This document shows, piece by piece, positions 41,255 to 51,579 of a DNA stretch of 64,000 bases (position 1 is the stretch's first letter; each line of letters begins with the position of its first letter). Made by a program: the position numbers and the translations under genes. A model generated the notes under the pieces. It saw only the letters and a list, made by a program, of their open reading frames with translations, had not been told where the DNA came from and ran no database searches. The stretch spans positions 744,001 through 808,000 of the forward strand of contig NIVC01000027.1 in NCBI GenBank assembly GCA_002269645.1, written 5' to 3'. The DNA comes from Macrostomum lignano (Eukaryota).

Positions 41255-44200
41255 ATGTCTGTCAGCTTCATCAGGCGCAGTCGCTACAGGCTGGAAGATG
41301 ACTCGCTGGATGCAGATGGTGAGTTTCTGTACTCAGAAAAATCAATCGGGCAGAAAATACAAAAAATTGCCTGGCCGGGGAGGGGCTCGAACCCTCGACC
41401 TTCGCGTTATCAGCACGACGCTCTAACCAACTGAGCTACTCGGCCGCTATGGTCTCAGCGCCTCGGATTGTTCTCAAATAGCAGTGCAGTATTGATTAGC
41501 GATCTGTTCGGCTTATCGGCTGGTTCTGCTGCTTTTATTGCCTGGGAGCAGAAATTGTTGGGGCGGGCAGAGGGGTAGAGAAAAGCAGCGGGTGTTCCCT
41601 CTGGGCTGCTTGTTGTTTCTGCTTCTGCCAGGGATCTGAGCAGGGTCTCTGATTCTGCCAAATGATTCAGGGCATTTCTGCTTCTGCTAAATGTTTCAGG
41701 GCATTTCTGATTCTGCCAAATGTTTCAGGGCATTTCTGCTTCTGCTAAATGTTTCAGGGCATTTCTGCTTCTGCCAAATGTTTCAGGGCATTTCTGCTTC
41801 TGCCAAATGTTTCAGAGCATTTCTGCTTCTGCCAAATGTTTCAGGGCATTTCTGCTTCTGCCAAATGTTTCAGGGCATTTCTGCTTCTGGCAAATGTTTC
41901 AGGGCATTTCTGCTTCTGCCTAATGTTTCAGGGCGTTTCTGCTGTCGCCAAATGTTTCAGGGCATTTCTGCTTCTGCTAAATGTTTCAGGGCATTTCTGC
42001 TTCTGCCTAATGTTTCAGGGCGTTTCTGCTGTCGCCAAATGTTTCAGGGCATTTCTGCTTCTGCTAAATGTTTCAGGGCATTTCTGCTTCTGCCAAATGT
42101 TTCAGGGCATTTCTGCTTCTGCCAAACATTTCCAGGTGATCTCAGCAGGGCTGCATCTCCTCGCCGGCAGCCTCGGGTCGCCACCGCTACGCCGTCGCTC
42201 ATCGTCGCCGCCTCCCCCGCCGCGCGGGCGCGAGCCAAAAGTAGGTCGTGTTTGCAGCTGCTTGAGGCATTTGGCCCGGGGTTGCTCTGAGTCACCTGAT
42301 CCTAGGGGACTTTGTGGCTTTGATCCCCATTCACCCTCTCTGATCCCCATTCACCCTCCCTGATCCCAATTCACCCTCCCTGATCCCAATTCACCCTCTC
42401 TGATCCCCATTCACCCTCCCTGATCCCAATTCACCCTCCCTGATCCCAATTCACCCTCTCTGATCCCCATTCACCCTCCCTGATCCCAATTCACCCTCCC
42501 TGATCCCAATTCACCCTCTCTGATCCCCATTCACCCTCCCTGATCCCAATTCACCCTCTCTGATACCCATTCACCCTCCCTGATCCCAATTCACCCTCCC
42601 TGATTCTCAATCACCCTCCCTGATCCTCATTCACCATCCCTGATCCTCATTCACGCTCCCTGATCCTCATTGACTCCCCTTAGATCTCCACCGCACAGAA
42701 TTCCTACCGCACACAAATCCCATTTCAAGGCAAAATCCCGGGCGAAGCAGCCCCGGTCCGCTCCCACCGGAATTTCCCACACTTCAAATCCCCTCCCCAG
42801 CCCTCCCTGCCGCCTCTCCTCCCGCTGCTCCTTGAGCCGGAAGCGGCAGCGCCAAGTCAGCCGTGTCAAATTTTATTTATCAGAGGCCTGAGCAGCGCTG
42901 CTCAGAAATCTACCCTCAGCAATTCCTGCCTCAACTGCCCGAGCGCTGACTGACTGCTCAGCTGCAGCAATGCAGCGCGGCAGCTCTTATTCTTCTTCTA
43001 GTAGACAGAGTCTGGCAGCCGCCGCAGCAAGCTCAAAAAGCTACTCAGCAACTCAACAGGGTGCCTTGCATTTTCTCATTCAACTTGGCGTGTCATTTTG
43101 ATTGACAGCTCGATTCGCATTGATGCACTCTTCTCGATTTCAGATGCCAGAGTTCTGCTGAGTTCCGGCTCAGCATCCGGTGCTGCATCAGCTGCTGCAG
43201 GCAGCGACAGTTCTCAGGGCGAGCGGCAGGTTCGGTACACGGTGGAGGAGGCGGTTGAGAAGCTGGGGTTCGGCAGGTTCCAGATCAAAATCCTCTGCAT
43301 CACCGGCATCATGTCTGTAGGTTGCTGCTTTTGCGGAGTCTTGAGAACTGCTCTCTGATCCCATTTGAGAACTGCTCTCTGATCCCATTTGAGCACTGCT
43401 CTCTGATCCCATTTGAGCACTGCTCTCTGATCCCATTTGAGAACTGCTCTCTGATCCCATTTGAGCACTGCTCTCTGATCCCATTTGAGCACTGCTCTCT
43501 GATCCCATTTGAGTACTGCTCTGTGATCCCATTTGAGCACTGCTCTCTGATCCCATTTGAGCACTGCTCTCTGATCCCATATGAGCACTGCTCTGTGATC
43601 CCATTTGAGCACTGCTCTCTGATCCCATTTCAGTACTGCTCTCTGATCCCATTTGAGTACTGCTCTCTGATCCCATTTGAGCACTGCTCTGTGATCCCAT
43701 ATGAGCACTGCTCTCTGATCCCATTTGAGCACTGCTCTCTGATCCCATATGAGCACTGCTCTGTGATCCCATTTGAGCACTGCTCTCTGATCCCATTTGA
43801 GCACTGCTCTCTGATCCCATTTGAGTACTGCTCTCTGATCCCATTTGAGCACTGCTCTCTGATCCCATTTGAGCACTGCTCTGTGATCCCATTTGAGCAC
43901 TGCTCTCTGATCCCATTTCACAAGTATTGCCTCAATATCCGCACATTGCTACTGCCGCACGGACTGTCAGTAGTGCAGCTGGCATTTTGCAATTTCAATG
44001 CAGGCAGCGGACGCAATGGAGATGCTGCTGCTGTCAGTGCTGGGCCCGGCGCTCCGCTGCGACTGGCGCCTGACGTCAACCGAGGTGGCCGGCATCACCA
44101 CCGTGGTGTTCGCTGGGATGCTGCTCGGAGCTCCTGGCTGGGGCGCCGTGTCAGACAAGCGAGGTCGCTGGAGCGTGTTCGCCCTCAGCCTCTGCCTCAT

Positions 44201-44823
44201 GGCCTACTTCGGCCTGCTCTGCTCGTTCTCGCCTGACTACTTCTGGCTCGTCAGCCTGCGCGGTGTCGTGGGCTTCAACATCGGCGGTGCGGCCTCCTCC
44301 TTCACCCTGCTGTCCGAGTACCTGCCTCAGCAGCACCGCGCCAAGGTGCTCATCCTGTACAACCTGTTCTGGGGTCTTGGATCCACCTTTGAGATCCTGC
44401 TGGCTTACCTGGTGCTGCCCACTTTGGGCTGGAGATACCTGGTGGCCTTCTCTTCACTGCCGCTGTTTCTGTTCATGCTGACGCTGGGGGTGAGTAGCCT
44501 GAGCTGCATCTGTGTGTGCTCACGCTGGGGTGAGTAGCCTGAGCTGCATCTGTGTGTGCTCACGCTGGTGGTGAGTAGCCTGAGCTGCATCTGTGTGTGC
44601 TCACGCTGGTGGTGAGTAGCCTGAGCTGGATCATCTGTCTCTCCTCTTCCTCAGCACCTGCCGGAGTCTGCGAGGTTCCTGCTGGCCTCAGGACGCGCTG
44701 AGGAAGCGGCTGCCGTCATTGACCAGATCGCCAGGGAGAACCGCAGGCCTGCGATGGAGGGCCGGCCTGCTGTGGCCACCGTCAGCGAGGTGAGCGACTG
44801 ACTGACTGACTGACTGACTGACT

Positions 44824-44874
<51 letters not shown>

Positions 44875-46863
44875 TGACTGACTGACTGACTGACTGACTG
44901 ACTGACTGACTGACTGACTGACTGACTTGAGTGAGTGGGTGTCTGACTGACTGACTGACTGACTGACTGACTGACTGACTGACTGACTGACTGACTGACT
45001 GACTGACTGACTGACTGACTGACTGACTGACTGACTGACTGACTGACTGACTGACTGACTGACTGACTGACTGACTGACTGACTGACTGACTGACTGACT
45101 GACTGACTGACTGACTGACTGACTGACTGACTGACTGACTGACTGACTGACTGACTGACTGACTGACTGACTGACTGACTGACTGACTGACTGACTGACT
45201 GACTGACTGACTGACTGACTGACTGACTGACTGACTGACTGACTGACTGACTGACTGACTGACTGACTGACTTGAGTGAGTGGGTGACTGACTGACTGAC
45301 TGACTGACTGACTTGAGTGAGTAGGTGTCTGACTGACTGACTGACTGACTGACTGACTGACTGACTGACTGACTGACTGACTGACACTCCCGCAGTCAGA
45401 CCGAGGGCAGCTCAAGGCGCTATTTCACCCGTTCTACCGCCGCACCAGCTTCATCCTGTTCTCCCTGTGGTTCGGTGTCGCCTTCTCCTACTACGGCATC
45501 GTGCTGGTGAGCACGGAAATCTTTCGCTTCCACCAGGACTGCTTCAGCACCGCTCAGTCGGTCACGGTGGCCCACAACACCACGGAGTCCGTAGTGGACA
45601 ACTCCTGCTGCAGAGGTCTGCAGTCGGACGATTACACAGCCATGCTGATCTCCTCACTCGGAGAGTTCGTCATCATTCCGGTGAACATGCTCACCATCGA
45701 TGCCCTGGGCAGGCGGGCCACCCTCGGCATCAACTACCTGCTCACTGGCGTGTTCTTCGGCCTCACCTACCTGTGCGTGCCGAAGGCGGCCACCACCGCT
45801 TTTCTGTTTCTGATCAGGGCCCACTCTGCTGGCATATTCAATACTATTTATATTTATACTACTGAGGTGAGTAGTGCGGTTTGAGCTGAATGCGAAGTTA
45901 TTAATGACATTGTCTCATTTGTTTCCGGCTTTTTAGATGGAAAAGGCAGAAGGAGGAAGATGGGATGGTTAGAAAGCAGCGAGAAGGGAGACAGGAGAAA
46001 AATGTAGACAGGAGAGAGAGGTAGACTGGAGAGAGGGGTAGACAGGAGAGAGGGGTAGACAGGAGAGAGAGGTAGACGGAAGAGATGGGTAGACAGGAGA
46101 GAGGTGGAGACAGGAGAGAGGGTGGATAGGAGAGAAGTAGGCATTAGAGAGGGGTAGACAGGAGAGAGGTGGAGACAGGAGAGAGGGTAGACAGCAGAGA
46201 GGGGTAGACAGCAGAGTCGTAGAAGGGAGGAAGGGGTATAGAAGAGAGGTTAGACGGGGTACAGGGTTGATAGGAGAGAGGGTAGATGGATTTGAGATTA
46301 GGACATTGCGAGAGCAGACATTGCAAGAGCAGACATTGCGACAAGCTTGGTGCAGACTTGGAGCACGCCGTTTGGCTTATATCGGCCCACTGCTGCATCT
46401 TACTAAGTTAGAAACTGGAAGGGTCCGTGAGACTGCAGGGCTGTCCACCACACCCAGTGATGTAAAAAGCGGCTTTTCAATTCAGGTGTACCCCACGGTG
46501 ATTCGCAGTCTCGGGCTGGGCATCTGCTCAGCCATGGCTCGCCTGGGCTCCATGACAACGCCATTTGTTGCCCAGGTGATCATGCCGGATGTGAGCGTGC
46601 TGCTGGCCTTCATCATCTACCTGATGGTGGATCTCAGCTGTGCTGGGCTCTGCGTGCTGCTGCCCATCGAGACCAGCGGCCGCGCCTTGGCGCACAGCCT
46701 GGAGCTGCCGGATGTGAAATTCTGTGCTGCTGACGGGGCCTCAGCTGCCGACGGGGCCTCAGCTGCTGACGGGGCCTCAGCTGCTGATGGGGCCTCAGCT
46801 GCTGACGGAATTCAAAAACGGACTGACAACGAAGGGGGCTTTGGGGAGAGCAAGACTGAGTGA
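41255..46863 (+). CDS. SVOP: SVOP-like (SV2-related) major facilitator superfamily transporter, about 601 aa
   Basis: Phase-consistent exons: 41255-41318, 42962-43060 (less certain, weak donor), 43144-43316, 44004-44489, 44655-44789, 45396-45866, 46486-46863. Motifs: [89 protein letters not shown]. Confidence 0.9.
41372..41445 (-). tRNA. tRNA-Ile, anticodon GAT
   Basis: The minus strand reads GGCCGAGTAGCTCAGTTGGTTAGAGCGTCGTGCTGATAACGCGAAGGTCGAGGGTTCGAGCCCCTCCCCGGCCA. It folds as a cloverleaf with intact A and B boxes, anticodon loop CT-GAT-AA and one acceptor-stem mismatch (A6/C67). A T6 Pol III terminator lies a few nt downstream. Confidence 0.92.
41670..42135. repeat. 29-bp minisatellite, SVOP intron 1
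   Basis: Unit ATGTTTCAGGGCATTTCTGCTTCTGCCAA. Confidence 0.92.
42320..42665. repeat. 20-bp minisatellite, SVOP intron 1
   Basis: Unit TGATCCCAATTCACCCTCCC. Confidence 0.92.
43345..43920. repeat. 24-bp minisatellite, SVOP intron
   Basis: Unit GAGCACTGCTCTCTGATCCCATTT. Confidence 0.93.
44796..45385. repeat. (GACT)n microsatellite filling an SVOP intron
   Basis: Direct reading; the intron spans 44790-45395. Confidence 0.95.
45960..46270. repeat. GA-rich degenerate array, last SVOP intron
   Basis: GGTAGACAGGAGAGAG units. Confidence 0.8.
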
Positions 46864-46871
46864 CCTCAGTG

Positions 46872-46913
46872 TGTCTGTCTGTCTGTCTGGCTGTCTTTTT
46901 GTCTGTCTGTCTT

Positions 46914-46966
<53 letters not shown>

Positions 46967-46991
46967 GTGTCTGTCTGTCTGTCTGTCTGTG

Positions 46992-47035
<44 letters not shown>
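46872..47035. repeat. (TGTC)n microsatellite just after the SVOP stop
   Basis: Direct reading. Confidence 0.93.
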
Positions 47036-47849
47036 AATCTGCACAGCTGTGAGCTCTGCTGCAATTCCCCTGCAGCAATTTTTTGAGCAGTTTTTATTGA
47101 GGCTGTGAGCTCCACAGATTTCCTGCATTCTCAGTTTTCACTAGCAAAATCCAAATTCTTGGCTTCGTGTTGTCCTTGTGCTTTACCCATCTGCATTGCT
47201 TATAAAATTCCACATTCCTAAGTCAAATGAAATTTTATATCAACTTCTGTGAGTTTTTACACTGTTTGACCAATGAAGGTTTTTTAAATCACTGCATTCT
47301 CTGTGTTGTTTGTTGCCTATCCAGTTTATTAATGAAATCTCACTTCACTACTGTACTACTTCTAGCTGTCAGTAGTAGTGGCGGACATGACAATTTTTCG
47401 TCTTGGTTGATTTCTAAATGCACTCGTTGAGTCACCCAGTAATCAGTTACTGAAGCTGCGGTGTCCAAGAGTATCCGCATGTAACGGTTAGATACACATT
47501 AATGAGCTGCTTGCTGCTTTTAGTGGGCACAGAAATGCCGCTCTTATCTCACCAAATATTCCGTTGCTTTTATAAGCCTTGCTTATTTGTTTGATACAAG
47601 AAAGATAGTGCACGAGAGCTGAGGGGGACTGGAAGGGCAGAGTGGAAAATGGTCGACATCAGAGAAGCGTCATGCCAACCATAAAAGACTTGTGGGGAAA
47701 TCGCTGAAATGCTGCAGCTCATCATAAAGGGTTGCTCGGGTGCTCTGAGCCAAAGCTCATTGGGGATCTCGCATAATAGATTATAGCTGCTTTCAGCTGT
47801 GATGCTTTTTTGCTTTGATTTTTGAGATAAGTAGACAGGAGAAAAGTGA

Positions 47850-48135
47850 GAGGGGTTGACAGGAGAGAGGAGAGAGGGGCAGACAGGAGAGGAGAGAGGG
47901 GCAGACAGGAGAGGAGAGAGGGGCAGACAGGAGAGGAGAGAGGGGCAGACAGGAGAGGAGAGAGGGGTAGATAAGAGAGAGGGGTAGATAGGAGAGCGAC
48001 AGGGGTAGACAGGAGAGAGGAGAGAGGGGCAGACAGCAGAGGAGAGAGGGGCAGACAGGAGAGGAGAGAGGGGCAGACAGGAGAGGAGAGAGGGGTAGAC
48101 AGGAGAGACGAGTAGACAGGAGAAAGGAGAGAGGG
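47850..48135. repeat. GA-rich minisatellite
   Basis: GGGGCAGACAGGAGAGGAGAGA units. Confidence 0.88.
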
Positions 48136-48599
48136 GTCGATAGGAAAGGGAAGTAGATATAAGAGAACGGGCTAGATAATAGAGAGAGAGAGAAATAAGC
48201 AAGCCTGACAACTGTGTTCCATGTTTCGGACATTCTGATATTTTTCAAGCCACTGATAGAGGTTTAATAATGTCGACATTTGTGTATGATTTTTACTTAA
48301 TTTTAAGCTATTGTTTAAGTAATTTAGCCTTTTTCAAAGTGAGTGGTTGGCATTAAAATTGATTAATTTATGCTAAAGTGCAAAGCACAAAAATAAAAGT
48401 TCATGCACTGGTGTGCAAAGCTTTAGCACTGCAAAAAGTTCTACAAGTCAAAACATTCGGGAAAATCTAAAAAACGGTGCAGTGAGAGCAGCATTACTCG
48501 TAGCCGTTAGCGACGCTTCTTTTAAAAGTGCTGGGTGGCTTTTTCCATTCTCGAAACGCCAGATTAGTAGTAAACCTCAGTAGTTTCCATAGCAATTAA

Positions 48600-51552
48600 C
48601 AGTAGAAAGACCACGTTATTTCTCCCCCCCATGGGGAAAGACCACTGGGTGTATTACAAATACACACGACCCATTTTACGATAGCTCGCAAACTGAATAA
48701 CCGATTTTTGTAAAAGTCCACCATTTGGATCAAAATTTTCCGCCCTTTCCAACGCATTAACTTTTAAAGTCATCCGACGTCAGAATAGTCGAGATATTCA
48801 ACGATTCTTGTCGAAGACACTGGTGGCAAGGACAACACTACACTGTATAAACCCTAAAAGTGAATCCATATTGGTTCAATAATCTGGGTCCATCTGTCGT
48901 AGAGGCCTTTGTTCAGCATTCCAGGCACCAGGGTCCCCTTCATCACCGTCTGGAGCATCGGCGGCGACCGTCGATACCTTCAACAAAAGCACCCGATCGG
49001 TAGAGCAGAGTATACTAAAACTCGGTATACCAAAACTAAAATGGAAGAATCCTCTTCTGCATGCAGCACTCAGTCATTAGACATAATCAGTGAATGAAAT
49101 AGACAACGGCGACCCTCTAGATTGACCTGAAGACATACAGGCGACCTTCGGGACTTTCAAAGGAGTGCCACCACGCGGTCCTGGCACCTGGCACCCCCAA
49201 CATCGTGATTTTTCTATCAAGGCACCAAGCCAGGCGTGCCTGCACACCATACAATGGTCCTGCACCATGTTCAGCATTCAGCTCTGTCTGGACGACCTTC
49301 GGGACCTTCAACGGAGTGCCATCACGTGGCCCTCAGAGGCTGGCACCCACAAAATCGTGATTTTTCTATCAAGGCACCAAACCAGGCATGTCGGCAAATT
49401 ATAATATGGTCCTGCACCATGTTCAATTGGAGAGTTACAGATTTAACTGGCGACTGAAAAATATAAAATATTTAATTTGTAAAAAATGATATTACAGCAT
49501 GTCAAAAATGATATTACAGCATGTCAAAAATGATATTACAGCTTGTCAAAAATGATATTACAGTAAATTCTGAGCAGAAGGATCTGAACACCACATAGAC
49601 ACAAAAGCGGAGTCAATTGTCACTATTCAATCTGGTGCACAACGTGCGCAGTAATGGTGACTCACTGTACCTTCCATCGCAGTGTGTCTTTAGCAAATTC
49701 CTTCATCACACATGCAACACTTCCTTGTTGTCGCACTCAAGGCCCGCTTTTCATCCTTTGACTTTTGTCTCGCGCATGTTGCACAGCGCTTTCTGCCACC
49801 AACTGACAACACAGCCGCCGCTTCGCGTGCCTGTTCCTTCATTTGCTCGTCGTTGATTCGACAACCTGCGAGCTGGAACACCAGCCGGTGATGATTAGAC
49901 AGATTTTGAAGAAGAGCGGCCGATTGCGAGCGCTCCTCGATCAGAGGTTGCAGAAGTTGCGCAGCTGCCTTGCGCTGGAACTCGTTGCAATAGTTCGGCG
50001 AGGCGCAGAGCTCTGGGTGCGCCAGTCTCCAGATAGCAGCGGCTTTCACAGATGCTATGTTGAGTATGCCGCCGGAGAAGATTGCCTTCTCACATGAGTC
50101 GGACTTTCGCTTGCAGTCGGATGTGCAGAACATCCTGTTGCAGGTGTCCGTGCCACTCTTGGTAGAATTCTAGTGTGTGCCTATTGCTACAGGCTTGTCA
50201 TTGGGAAGAAATTGTCTGTCGTGATGCAATTTGGACACAAGGGGCGGACAGCAACATCACGTTTCGGCCCGCCTTGGGGCAGTAGGACACACACGTGAGC
50301 TCCTCAGAAAACCGGAATTCGCTCGTGTGTGGAGCCATGGTTTGAGTTGAATTCTTGAGATCGGCTGGCAGGCCACCACGAGTGCGCATCACTGTTCTCG
50401 GTACAAGTGATTGGCCAGCGCAGGACCCGAGATGAATCTGTCACATATGATGTTGTACCAGTGTCCTCTGAATGGATCAGCCAAGCGGCAAACAACTTGC
50501 TCACCACTCCACACCTCTGAGCCCTTGGCCAGCTGAGCATCGGATTCCTGTGGTGCGAAAGTAGTGGACAGCAGTGTTCCTTTGCCAGTGCAGATTTCCG
50601 CATTGAACACATTGCGGATGTCCATATCATCCTGAATCTCTGGATTCCCAGCCGATGTCAGCAGGAACAGCTTGGCACCATTGCAACCGGGCTTCTCCTT
50701 CAGAAAGAACGTGAAATCACAGTTCACACCACAATAATAGACAATAATAGAATAATAGACAACCAGCGTTTTGTCGACGCATAGGTACGGCCAGAAAAGG
50801 ACAATTGGAGCAGTTGACTGACAAAGGTGTCATATCGTAGAGCTTGTCCGCTGCGGCAGTCCGCTGACGATATTCGGCAGTTTCGAATTGAACATGGTGC
50901 AGGACCATTGTATAATATGCAGGCACGCCTGGCTTGGTGCCTTGATAGAAAAATCACGATGTTGGGGGTGCCAGGTGCCAGGACCGCGTGGTGGCACTCC
51001 TTTGAAAGTCCCGAAGGTCGCCTGTATGTCTTCAGGTCAATCTAGAGGGTCGCCGTTGTCTATTTCATTCACTGATTATGTCTAATGACTGAGTGCTGCA
51101 TGCAGAAGAGGATTCTTCCATTTTAGTTTTGGTATACCGAGTTTTAGTATACTCTGCTCTACCGATCGGGTGCTTTTGTTGAAGGTATCGACGGTCGCCG
51201 CCGATGCTCCAGACGGTGATGAAGGGGACCATGGTGCCTGGAATGCTGAGAACAAAAGCCTCTACGACTGATATGCATACTTTGTTGAGCCGACGTGGTT
51301 TCATGATGAGATTTTCTGAGCAGAAAAAAATGTGCCAATTTTGGTGGTTTTTTGCCACCAGACACCCCGAGAAGAATCGTTGAATATCTCGATGATGTCA
51401 ATTTTTTGTGATTCGCGGAGTCGCTTCATCAAATAGAGCGGAAAATTTTAGCCCGTGTTCTGGATTTTCATGGCAATTGGTTAAATATTTTTGGAGATCC
51501 AGACAAATAAAACATGTGTATATTTGAAATACACCCCATGGTTTTTCTACTG
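48600..51552 (-). mobile_element. piggyBac-like DNA transposon, decayed
   Basis: TTAA|CAGTAGAAAGACCA at 48596-48613 and TGGTTTTTCTACTG|TTAA at 51539-51556 give terminal inverted repeats with a TTAA target duplication. The interior holds transposase fragments and long internal inverted repeats. Confidence 0.85.
49627..50930 (-). pseudogene. piggyBac (DDE_Tnp_1_7-type) transposase pseudogene
   Basis: Fragments occur in piggyBac order across frameshifts and stops: DKLYD, YLCVDK (D1), KEKP...GAKLF, YNIICDRF (D2), LTCVSYCPKAGRNVMLLS, NSTKSGTDT (D3), CKRK...NIASV, then a C-terminal Cys-rich RKRCATC...KCCMC...C*...CARC. Confidence 0.85.
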
Positions 51553-51579
51553 TTAATTAACGGCGGCAGCTTATTTGGT

